Shown here piece after piece: positions 36,116 to 47,130 of a stretch of DNA of 64,000 nt. The translations under genes and the position numbers were made by a program. The notes beneath the pieces were generated by a model, which did no database searches, was not told the origin of the DNA, and saw nothing but the letters and a program-made list of their open reading frames with translations. The first letter of the stretch is position 1; every line of letters begins with the position of its first letter. The stretch comes from Raillietiella orientalis (lineage: Eukaryota): positions 496,001 to 560,000 of the forward strand of contig JAYWIR010000040.1 of NCBI GenBank assembly GCA_036172245.1, in the 5' to 3' direction.

Positions 36116-37507
36116 GTAATGGCCTGCAGCGCCGATCAGAGTTGCAGCTTCCAAGAAGGGAGGGAAGGCCAAATGTTTCCATCAGATGCGCAGTTCTTGG
36201 GTTTCCACAGCTAACATGGGATCCCTGGCGGTGGAAGTCGCCTTCTGCTTACGCTGAGCGACCTTTCCCCCAAACACGCGCGACTTCGACTGCTTTCTGC
36301 TCGGTGCGTGATTCACGCGAGTTTCCCTTCTGGCGGAGGGCACGTTTCCAAGCACACCATTCTTCCTGAAGGATCGCGGGCACAGGCAGTGCGAGTCATG
36401 TTCGAGTGATTTGTCCTCTTTCCTGGTCGAGGTCCCTGAAGAATGGTGATGGCGACTAGGAATGTCACGGAGGCTGCCCCTCCTTGAAGCGATCGGACGG
36501 TCGCAAGCCGTCTTTGAGGCGAGCGCAGAATTGGAAGGTCGGCACGCGTAGGCAGACGGTCTGCTGAAAACACCACGGCCGAGTGGTAGAAAGCGAGCGC
36601 GTTGGTTTTCCGGCAACCGACGAGAAGGACCTCTGTTAAGCCTCGCGATTCGGTGTCCAACTCGTAGAAGTCAGGAAGTGCTGGGAAGGGTCTCCGTGTC
36701 GGATGTCAATGCCTCACTGCCTCCAGGCCAAAGCTGTAGTCTGCCTTTCTCTTGAACGGTTCTTCTTCTTGTGGCAGGCGGCCGATGGGATTCGCGCGAG
36801 GCGAGGAGCACCACCTTGGTGAGGTGCGCACGCGGTTGACGGTGGCACGGGCGGATGAAAGACCGAGGAAGGTGTGGTCACGGTTCGGACTTGTGCGGAG
36901 CGACTTTGATCGTTTTCCCATCTGCCTTTCCCGTTGGGCAGAAGGACTTTGGGAGGGATGCAACGGAGGTAGTCAAGGGCAGCGCCAACGAGTGCAGCAT
37001 CGGGCGCACGCTAGCAAATGCGGCGTATCAAGCGGTGCGCAAGTTTTGGAAGCACGTTCAGAATGTGCAGCCAGGCCTCTAGGATTGCGGCTTCCAGGGA
37101 GTGGCAGGAACAGTATGGCAGTTGCGTAGGTAAGCCAGGCAAGCATCGCCAGCGGCTCTGGCTGGAAATGCGCGTGTCTTTTGGAACGCTTGGATGTGCG
37201 TGGGCGCGTAAGCCAAGCTGCGCATTGTCCTTGGAAGGAAGGCGGCGAGGTTGGGCTTGGCTCGGTTCTTGGAAGTGGTTTTCGGGTTCGGCGGTTGCCT
37301 CTGCAGTCGTCGGTCAGAATCTGTGGATGGAACGTGGGAGTTGACGAGACGCAACTGCGCGTGGTGAATTCTTCGGCGTCCGGGGTCATTCTCAGTGGCG
37401 TCTTGCGGTTCTTTTGTTGCGAAGTTCAGCCGGGACTCCGTGAAGTGGTATTTGAGTGGAGATTTCTAGCTCCGTTGCTAGGAGAAGAGTGCGGTTCGTA
37501 TGAGATA
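36105..37507 (+). repeat. Block B, copy 1 (1403 bp, non-coding, hairpin-rich)
   Basis: Constant offset of 8401 to 44506-45908; only two mismatches seen (37246, 37315). Confidence 0.95.
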
Positions 37508-37741
37508 GCCAAGACGACGTTGAGCGTATTGAAAATGTTGGCGTGATTGCGTCATATCTTCATTTAGTCCTCACTGTTTTCTTGGGCAACCTTGGTAAGC
37601 ATATCGTCGCAGAATTTACGCGTGATAACTTCTACGTCATGATTTTTAATCTCGTTTATGAGTTTCGTGAACTCAGTTGTATGTTGGAGATGCTGTCTGG
37701 GAATCTCCTGCTGTGTTTTACATGTTTCATTCTGATTGCAG

Positions 37742-37853
37742 GCCACCTGTGAGACAGTTCCAAATTCATGAGAACACGAATGACCCCCTGAGCTCAGTTG
37801 ATGGGACTATTGCATCCAATATTGACTATAATCTCTACGCAAATTCCTTTTAA
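37742..37853 (+). CDS. Unknown paralogue 1, terminal exon (PPVRQFQIHENTNDPLSSVDGTIASNIDYNLYANSF*)
   Basis: Acceptor tttcattctgattgcag|G, phase 2. 22 of 36 aa identical to 46123-46237, and 14 of those 22 codons differ synonymously. AT-rich 3' region with ATTAAA (37877) and AATAAA (37970). Confidence 0.8.
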
Positions 37854-38189
37854 TAGATGTGTATGAATTTTTAGCATTAAACTAGTTCTCAAACTGCTGT
37901 CTATTTAATTCTAACGACTACAATTTTATTTGATTTTTCACAGCAAGGCTATTTTTAGCATTGATTTCAAATAAAACGAGTCCTTTTCTTCTTGTAACTA
38001 TGTTTCCACTTGACAACTGTGCTATCTGCTCTACAACTGTTCTAACCATAAAAGCGTTGTCTTCAATGGAATGCCATTTTCTGATGCAGAATGTGGGCTG
38101 CTGTCTCTGTCTTGCTAACCGCCTGCTTTCTCATTGGTTCTGGATCCCGAATAACGACCTTCCACAAGGCAGTGCAGGCTTGTTACTGA

Positions 38190-38910
38190 GCCTTGCACAG
38201 AATTCCTAATGCACCCTGGAATAGATGTGGACACCTACGTTCGGAGGCTGGAATGGTGAAAGTTTGTGAGAGTTCCACCAGCTTTGCGTAACTGCAGCTT
38301 CCAACCGCCCCCACGTGGGGGTGGTGGTCTTGTCTCCAAGCTTCTGCATTGCTGCTTTGCAGCTGATGGCAGAAGCACCTCCACACTCGTGTGGCTGTCT
38401 GGCCCGAAACAGTCCAAGACGGACGTTCACGTCTTGCACTGTTTCGAGATTTCGTGGAGGCGCGCTTTCACGTGCTCCATTCGCGGATGCGGGTTGTAAG
38501 ATGCACGTGTTTGAGTTCGAGGTCGAGGGTTCTTTGGGACGCAATCGGGCACCAGCCGATCACTGCAGGGGAGCACTTTTGTTTTCGAAGAAGATTGGCA
38601 TTCGAGAAGGATGCTGTCGTTCTGTGGACTGTGGTGGAGCCTGCGGGCTGTGTGCCGTTCGTTGCTCGTCTGTTTCCGATGAGCGAAGTTGATGGCGAGC
38701 CGCGCGCCGACGTCGAAGGCTTTCTCAAGCAGGTGGTGCTCGCTGGCTGCCAAGTTTTTCGCAAAACTGCATGTGTTTTTTTGTGAATGTGAGGAAAGGA
38801 TGCGGTAGGGGACAGTTCTTTCTGGGATGGAGTCTTCAGTGAGGATGCATGCAAAGGGGAAGTTTCTGTGGGCGGAAATCATCCGTAAAGAGTAACCATG
38901 GGGATCTTCA
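38190..38910 (+). repeat. Block C, copy 1 (721 bp, hairpin-rich)
   Basis: Constant offset of 8220 to 46410-47130; four mismatches seen. Confidence 0.95.
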
Positions 38911-41900
38911 CGCCAGCTGTATAACAACGGAAGTGGATTATAGCTCAGATCCAGTGTATTTATTACTTTCATTTCTATGAGGAAGCTCGAAGATGCATTA
39001 GCGTTGGCTTCTGGAGAATGCGGTGCCACGAATCTTCGTGTGCCACATCTTCTGTCTTTTGATCAGGCTGGATTTTATTGATTTTGGCAATTCGATTTGA
39101 TCTTCTCAGAGACCGGAATAATTTTGCTGATGGCTAGGGAGCTGTAAAAGAATTAATCAAAAATGGGGAGCAGAGAAAAATGTGTCGAAGAAGAGCTGAG
39201 TTGCTTCAAAAATCGTTGGCTTTCCAGCATTCCTCTTCCTCTGCTTCTTCCATTTTCGCTCTCATTTTCTGCGTGGCATCTTCGTAAAAGAATCCACTCA
39301 GGCCTATCCTGGTATCGTTCTTGCATTCCCTTGGAAGTTCGTTTTCAGGACGTTTGCGATCTCCGACAGTGCCATGGACGAGCAGAAAGGTCTGGACATC
39401 TCCAAGATGAGTGCGTGCAGACTCAGAGCAAAGCACCACGAAGCTGTGAAGCAATGAAAGAGGAGCGAGTCTGACGGAAGACTCTGAAACCCCGCTTTGG
39501 AGCAAGAGGTGGAGCACGCAGCTAGGAAGTTCACCCGAAGAAATCCTCGCACATGGAAACGAGGGAAAGCTTCGTTCTTCCGGTTGCCCTGGTCCGGCGC
39601 ATGGGAGTCCTTTCCTCTGATGATTCCCGGAACAGGATCTTTGGAGATACGCTAAAGGGAGTTCCCCAGAACCTGGTGCTGCAGAGATTCTTCCTCGTGG
39701 CATCTGTGAAGCTTCATTGCCAACTCTTGAATTCAGGAAAGACCCGAGATTCTTGAAATGCCGCCGCTTCATCTGGATATGAAGAAAAATTGCAGAAAGA
39801 GGAACAGAAAAAAAAAAAACTCCAAGGGAAGGAAGTCTCGAAGAGGTGAATTCGAAACTGCTTGGTAGTCAGAAGAGGTAAAAAGATCCACCACATATAC
39901 GCGAAAGCTGACATCGAAGTGGTGGTGCTCTCATGAAATGCGGCTGGAGCGAAATGCTTGATGCACTGGCAACCAGGTGACGGAGCTACCCTAAGTCCTG
40001 AGAAGCTGATGAGAAACATTCACGCTCTGTCATTTGGCCAGATGAACATTCCTGCGGTGGGAAACGCACACGAGAGTGTCCGTGTCATGAACACTGCAGG
40101 TTCACATCACCTCCAGATCAAAAGCTTCGCGTGTTCGGCCACCACGTGGTGTTCAACAGCACCGCTCGCATCCGGACTGGTGATGGATTCCACGGAGCTT
40201 TCAGATGTTTCCCAGAAGCTGATTTGAGAGCTCTTGGGGGAGTCCCACAGAAGACAAGAGCTTCTTCAGAGCCAAGTGTAGCTTGGCATGAATCAGTATG
40301 ACTGATTACTTGACTGATCTGAAAGATTATCATTATTAGATGATATGAATAAGTATGACGGACAGTGAAAAGAATCACACACACACAAAAAAACAAAAAT
40401 CAAGGCATGGAATCCTAATTATAGGGCAATTCTCCGAAGAGCACCAGTAAAAAGGCAAGTTTTCACGGAAGCTCTGGTTGTGAACGAGCACATTCTGGTC
40501 TTTGGAGCACTGACCTGACTGCAAGGGTGTGTGAAGGTCTGGTGACCCAGAGGAATGCTGCTCTGACTACGAGAAGATTCTGTGAAACCTCAGACATCTG
40601 CTTTTCAAAAGATCGGGCTTTGGAACATGATAGTGGGATCCTTTGGAGCAGAACTATCTGGGTCACACGTCTCACCGATCTTACGTGCGCATGACCGTCT
40701 TGGGAAATCCTGAAATTCCAGAGTCTAGAAACTTTAGCACAGAACAAGTCCTTCTGATTTCTCTTTGCCAAGTTCCAGATATTCTTGCAAGACAGCAAAA
40801 AGGGTGAAAACACCGAAGCAAGGGAAGAGAATAAACTTCTTCCTTTAGAAGTCCATGGTCAGGCTGTTGGTCCACTCTCGGCCCTCTTCTCAAGGTGCCT
40901 CCTGTCCACTCCAGGAAGAATGAATGCCTTGGTTGCCCACAAATTCTCAACTGATACGTTAGTCATACCTCGATGATAGTCTCGTAGTCAAGTATTGGAG
41001 GAGGATTAATACCTTTCTTTACTTCAATGTTCCTGAAGTCCCTGGTTCGCGGTTGAAAGGCCTTCCGGTTGCCCTACTTTAGTGACCGAACTTCTGGAGC
41101 GACAATCACCTGAACGGGCTGACTTGTTCATCTTACCTGTTTATAAACGCACATTCAAATCTGCTAAGGAAGAGCGGTTTGAATTCTACGGGAACGCGGC
41201 AAAGAAACTAATGGACGACGTCTCTCTAATGGAAACTTGAAAGTCCTGGCTCCGATTTGAACAAGTCAAAACCAAGAAATCATTGTATCTGGAGTGCTTC
41301 CAGAAAGACTTTTGACAAATCTGAAACTCTGAACTCAAACTTTAGACATCTTCCATCATGAGCAGCAAAGAGTGACTTTTATGTTACAGAATGCTTCATA
41401 GAATGCCCCCTTCCATCGCTTGCCCATAGCCCACATCAGCTGTGAGGTGCTTCTCGCAGGAACCACCATCGCTGTGAATGAAGTTGCCTGCATGGAAACC
41501 CTCTGACAAGCTAGAGGAATCTCTGCAACTTAGCAAGGGTGCCTACAATTCCATGGAAATCAACGAATACATCTCGGCAAGATGAAATGCAGTTTCTTAA
41601 GACTCCGTTTAAGATATCTTCTATCTGGCTCCAAAAGGACCTTAGACCTCTCCCCAAAACATGAATTACCTCTCACTCAGCCAACTCCTTATACTTCCTC
41701 ACGTCTTCCATACGAAAAGGAGCAATCAGCTAAGAAGCAGCTGACAGTCACCGAGAAGACGCTACTACCGAGCGACGCTAAGATGCCGATATGACCATAG
41801 TGGAAGCGTTAAAACCCAAATTTCCAAAAGAAGAAAAAAAGGCTCTCATAGCCACTGGTGAATACGAGGGCATCCAAATATGTGATTCGCACCGGCAAGA

Positions 41901-43960
41901 ATTTTCTGTCTCCAGACAGCATGGAAACAGGCTGCTCCAAGCCGAATCGGCAAGACCACCATTCGTTTCCGAAGATTCGTTTTCAACATCCACCACATCT
42001 CGTCTAAACCAAGCTAGAAGTTGCCGGTCACTCGCAGACATTTCTTGTACACTCAAAGCCTCTATGCGTGCTAGGTGTTTCTCGAAAAGGAAGAAGAATA
42101 CGATTGTCTTCTTCCAAGTACACGGCACAAGGAAGTGCAATGAGGAATCGCAAGCTTCCGCAAAGACGAGAAGCAATTCCAAAGGGAATCTTTGCTGTCC
42201 CACTCTCTTAGTGTTCCCGCAGCTTCCGCTCCCTGTTCTCCCATAGTCCCGGTGAACGCATCGACAATGGGAATAACAGGAGCATTCAGGGAGCCAAGCT
42301 CCGTGGCGTGAAACAGAGATCAGGATTTCTTCTTCTCGCGCACCATGGGAAAAATCTCTTTCCGGGAAACGGAGTCCCATGCGACCTTCAGGAAAGCAAG
42401 GGAGAAAAATTCTGTCTCCGCAACGGAAAGAACATTTCATTACGGACGCTGAGAGAACTTCAGGAAAACCATGACCTTCAAAGTCCGCTCACTTTTTTTG
42501 CGAAGTCCGTCGATGTTCCCTCCGCCCCGTTAATGAATGAAGCGAGAGAGAAGAGCATTTCCCACGACCCAGGGATATAAAGAGTCCTCAGTTCGAAGAT
42601 TTGGGAGCGAAAACATTTGCGTCTCAAGCAGATCCCCCACTCGGACTCTCATGAAGAGGAGAGATGACGCCTTTCCATGTCTTCCGCGAGAAATTGTCTG
42701 GCGCGGTCGCAAGGGCTTTGGCGCGGGCTCGAAAGCAGCTCTCACGTTGACGGCGCTCACCAAACCAAGAGCCCACCAAACAATCACACTCATCTTGGGA
42801 AGGTAAAAGAAGCAAAAATTAAAGAAGCCGCCGACTGCATGGAGGATTAGCTTCGGGATTCTCCAAGAGAAGGAACGGCCAGGCGACCTACTTAAGCACA
42901 GAGGGCAGTTTGCTTCGGCGGCTATCACAAAGAGCATTCCTAAACGAATTGAATCGCTTCCTCCGTCCGCGTCAAAAGAAGAAACGGAAGCATCTCACTA
43001 CCAGCTTGTGGATCGGCGAAGAGGCTTTTGCCAATCGGAATTCGGGAATCTCTTCACTGCATGCGGAACCTTTGGCGCGCTGCTCGGATTGCGACCGTGG
43101 AGCGAAACGGCATTGCATGTTGTTCTGGAATATCTGGAGCATCGTGAGAGTGAAAGGCCACTGCAGTCCAGAATCACAGAAAGGCGAGATTAGCCGGAAG
43201 GTAGTTTTTCGGGTGGATTCGGAACGAATCTGCAGCAAAAGCATCCTGGAGCAACGAAGGTATTCCTTAAGGATAGGCGGGCATTCGCGATAGCTGGGCC
43301 AAAATAAAGAAACTCGCGAATCAAAACAGCATCCAATGTGGTCGGAAGAGATGGACCACATGGTCGCAGAAACAAGGATTAGAATCCGGACAGCGCCGAT
43401 CATTCGCAGCCAGGGAGAGGAAGATCGTTTGGTTGGAGCATCCCGCCCACGCTCGTGTTGTGGAACCTCTGGTTGCAGCTTACTGACTCAATACTCTTGT
43501 TGTTCATTCGATCCGTGGTTCAAGTTTCCCGGGAATTTGGGGCCACAGCAAAAAGTGGATCAGAATGCCGCGCGGACGACACTGAGAGGGGCAAAACGAG
43601 GATGAAAAGTTGCGAGACGACGGACGTTGCCACACACGTGCCTTGGTGGAGAAAGAGTGCTGCTATTTGTGGCTTGAGAGCATAGCTTTCTACTTTCTTT
43701 CCTCCTTCGTATGGAAATTGACAGGGAAGTATGGAAATTCTTAGGACGTTCCGGACCAAAGTAGCGCTGTGACCACAAAAAAAGCGGAAACCGACGAAGA
43801 GAAAAGGAAATTTGATCCAGAACGTCCACAGGTTCTCTGCAGTGCCACAGAGTTTTTTATTTTTTTTAAAAAAAGTAAAGAAAGATTGTGGCCTAAAAGA
43901 TAATCAAATCAGTGAGAAGCTCCTTCACGCTGATTTCAATCGAGTGGACAATTGGATCAG

Positions 43961-44010
43961 AGTTTACGTCCCAACAGCGATCCCGATAGAAATGCTTTAG
44001 AAATTGACAC
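43961..44010 (+). CDS. Unknown paralogue 2, candidate short exon (SLRPNSDPDRNALEIDT) just before block A
   Basis: Donor AC|gtgggt lies at exactly the same distance from block A as the copy-1 donor and is in phase 2, matching the exon at 44388. Acceptor weak. Confidence 0.35.
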
Positions 44011-44016
44011 GTGGGT

Positions 44017-44240
44017 TGCGCGGTAACCGGAAGAGAGAGGAGATGTCCTTACGTCTTGTCTCTCTTGGTGCGGAAGCTTGCTGCTGGATGCTTTATCCCT
44101 CGCAGGGCTATGCCTTCCTGGTGGAAACCTGTTTCTTGGGGACCAAAGAGCGTCGCTTGCTTCGGATGCGGCTGAGGCAATTGAGTTCCTACACGACATG
44201 GGCAAAATGTGCTTTCCCTGATCTCGTCATCCACAAAAGT
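44017..44240 (+). repeat. Block A, copy 2
   Basis: Direct repeat of 35099-35322. Confidence 0.95.
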
Positions 44241-44387
44241 ACAGCACGGATAATGTGTTTCTAGTGAATTAAGGATTCTGCTTTGACTTTTAAGCTATGA
44301 TGCTTTCGCGAAACAGGAACTGCTGTTCCCTAAAACTAACCTTCTGAAATTCTGACACCAAAAAATGATTGTTTTATTTCTTTGCAG

Positions 44388-44516
44388 GAGAGATGGCCCC
44401 CCCATAGAAGTACGAGATAGATTCGAGGCTTACAATACTTATGCTGGACCATGGAGACGTTACACAGGGATTACCCAGACTCCACAGAGACCGCCATCAA
44501 ATCGTAGACGCATACG
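44388..44516 (+). CDS. Unknown paralogue 2, 'PWRR' exon (RDGPPIEVRDRFEAYNTYAGPWRRYTGITQTPQRPPSNRRRIR)
   Basis: Strong acceptor ttttatttctttgcag|G, donor CG|gtaatg. 129 nt, phase 2-2. The other two frames contain TAG. Confidence 0.75.
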
Positions 44517-45908
44517 GTAATGGCCTGCAGCGCCGATCAGAGTTGCAGCTTCCAAGAAGGGAGGGAAGGCCAAATGTTTCCATCAGATGCGCAGTTCTTG
44601 GGTTTCCACAGCTAACATGGGATCCCTGGCGGTGGAAGTCGCCTTCTGCTTACGCTGAGCGACCTTTCCCCCAAACACGCGCGACTTCGACTGCTTTCTG
44701 CTCGGTGCGTGATTCACGCGAGTTTCCCTTCTGGCGGAGGGCACGTTTCCAAGCACACCATTCTTCCTGAAGGATCGCGGGCACAGGCAGTGCGAGTCAT
44801 GTTCGAGTGATTTGTCCTCTTTCCTGGTCGAGGTCCCTGAAGAATGGTGATGGCGACTAGGAATGTCACGGAGGCTGCCCCTCCTTGAAGCGATCGGACG
44901 GTCGCAAGCCGTCTTTGAGGCGAGCGCAGAATTGGAAGGTCGGCACGCGTAGGCAGACGGTCTGCTGAAAACACCACGGCCGAGTGGTAGAAAGCGAGCG
45001 CGTTGGTTTTCCGGCAACCGACGAGAAGGACCTCTGTTAAGCCTCGCGATTCGGTGTCCAACTCGTAGAAGTCAGGAAGTGCTGGGAAGGGTCTCCGTGT
45101 CGGATGTCAATGCCTCACTGCCTCCAGGCCAAAGCTGTAGTCTGCCTTTCTCTTGAACGGTTCTTCTTCTTGTGGCAGGCGGCCGATGGGATTCGCGCGA
45201 GGCGAGGAGCACCACCTTGGTGAGGTGCGCACGCGGTTGACGGTGGCACGGGCGGATGAAAGACCGAGGAAGGTGTGGTCACGGTTCGGACTTGTGCGGA
45301 GCGACTTTGATCGTTTTCCCATCTGCCTTTCCCGTTGGGCAGAAGGACTTTGGGAGGGATGCAACGGAGGTAGTCAAGGGCAGCGCCAACGAGTGCAGCA
45401 TCGGGCGCACGCTAGCAAATGCGGCGTATCAAGCGGTGCGCAAGTTTTGGAAGCACGTTCAGAATGTGCAGCCAGGCCTCTAGGATTGCGGCTTCCAGGG
45501 AGTGGCAGGAACAGTATGGCAGTTGCGTAGGTAAGCCAGGCAAGCATCGCCAGCGGCTCTGGCTGGAAATGCGCGTGTCTTTTGGAACGCTTGGATGTGC
45601 GTGGGCGCGTAAGCCAAGCTGCGCATTGTCCTTGGAAGGAAGGCGGTGAGGTTGGGCTTGGCTCGGTTCTTGGAAGTGGTTTTCGGGTTCGGCGGTTGCC
45701 TCTGCAGTCGTCGGTAAGAATCTGTGGATGGAACGTGGGAGTTGACGAGACGCAACTGCGCGTGGTGAATTCTTCGGCGTCCGGGGTCATTCTCAGTGGC
45801 GTCTTGCGGTTCTTTTGTTGCGAAGTTCAGCCGGGACTCCGTGAAGTGGTATTTGAGTGGAGATTTCTAGCTCCGTTGCTAGGAGAAGAGTGCGGTTCGT
45901 ATGAGATA
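44506..45908 (+). repeat. Block B, copy 2
   Basis: Direct repeat of 36105-37507. Confidence 0.95.
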
Positions 45909-46122
45909 TCCATGAACTGGGGATGAAGTTGATCAAATGCTATTCTTGGTTGGACCACGTGAGGCTCTTCTTCTTTCGTGGTTTTTTTTTTTTTCATTCT
46001 GCGAAGAACTTTTTCTCTTAGGAATGATTCCGGTTTGCCTTTGATTTTGTTCTCCAGTGTAAAATTTATGTTTTCACCTTTGAGACTTTGAAAAGCTGTG
46101 CTCATCTCATGGCATTTTTTAG

Positions 46123-46237
46123 GCCACCAACGAGGCAGTTCAATGTTGGTGAAAATAAAAGAGATCCTCTGGGTAATGTGCAGCAAACGGTAGCTTCCGG
46201 TATTGACTACAACCTTTACGCCGGAAACTTCAAATAA
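46123..46237 (+). CDS. Unknown paralogue 2, terminal exon (PPTRQFNVGENKRDPLGNVQQTVASGIDYNLYAGNFK*)
   Basis: Acceptor cattttttag|G, phase 2. Codon-level conservation with 37742-37853. ATTAAA at 46264. Confidence 0.8.
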
Positions 46238-46409
46238 GAAGACCTCTGAACATGGAGTTTTTGATTAAACTGTTTTTGAATTAATATGTGTTTTGTTTTT
46301 GCACGAAGCACCACTTCCACCGGTTCAGTACCCATTCCTGTTTTTTCTTCTTTTTCTCCTGTAAGAAGTCATTGGATTAAACCTGTATTTTTAGTAAGCT
46401 TGTAACCGT

Positions 46410-47130
46410 GCCTTGCACAGAATTCCCAATGCACCCTGGAATAGATGTGGACACCTACGTTCGGAGGCTGGAATGGTGAAAGTTTGTGAGAGTTCCACCA
46501 GCTTTGCGTAACTGCAGCTTCCAACCGCCCCCACGTGGGGGTGGTGGTCTTGTCTCCAAGCTTCTGCATTGCTGCTTTGCAGCTGATGGCAGAAGCACCT
46601 CCACACTCGTGTGGCTGTCTGGCCCGAAACAGTCCAAGACGGACGTTCACGTCTTGCACTGTTTCGAGATTTCGTGGAGGCGCGCTTTCACGTGCTCCAT
46701 TCGCGGATGCGGGTTGTAAGATGCACGTGTTTGAGTTCGAGGTCGAGGGTTCTTTGGGACGCAATCGGGCACCAGCCGATCACTGCAGGGGAGCACTTTT
46801 GTTTTCGAAGAAGATTGGCATTCGAGAAGGATGCTGTCGTTCTGTGGACTGTGGTGGAGCCTGCGGGCTGTGTGCCGTTCGTTGCTCGTCTGTTTCCGAT
46901 GAGCGAAGTTGATGGCGAGCCGCGCGCCACCGTCGAAGGCTTTCTCAAGCAGGTGGTGCTCGCTGGCTGCCAAGTTTTTCGCAAAACTGCATGTGTTTTT
47001 TTGTGAATGTGAGGAAAGGATGCGGTAGGGGACAGTTCTTTCTGGGATGGAGTCTTCAGTGAGGATGCATGCAAAGGGGAAGTTTCTGTGGGCGGAAATC
47101 ATCCGTAAAGAGTAACCATGGGGACCTTCA
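46410..47130 (+). repeat. Block C, copy 2
   Basis: Direct repeat of 38190-38910. Confidence 0.95.

Noticed and set aside
36142..37546. ORFs inside blocks B and C as viral or transposon proteins
   Set aside because: Short, overlapping in several frames, frequent stops, and no RT/integrase/RdRp motifs recognised; identical translations only reflect DNA identity.
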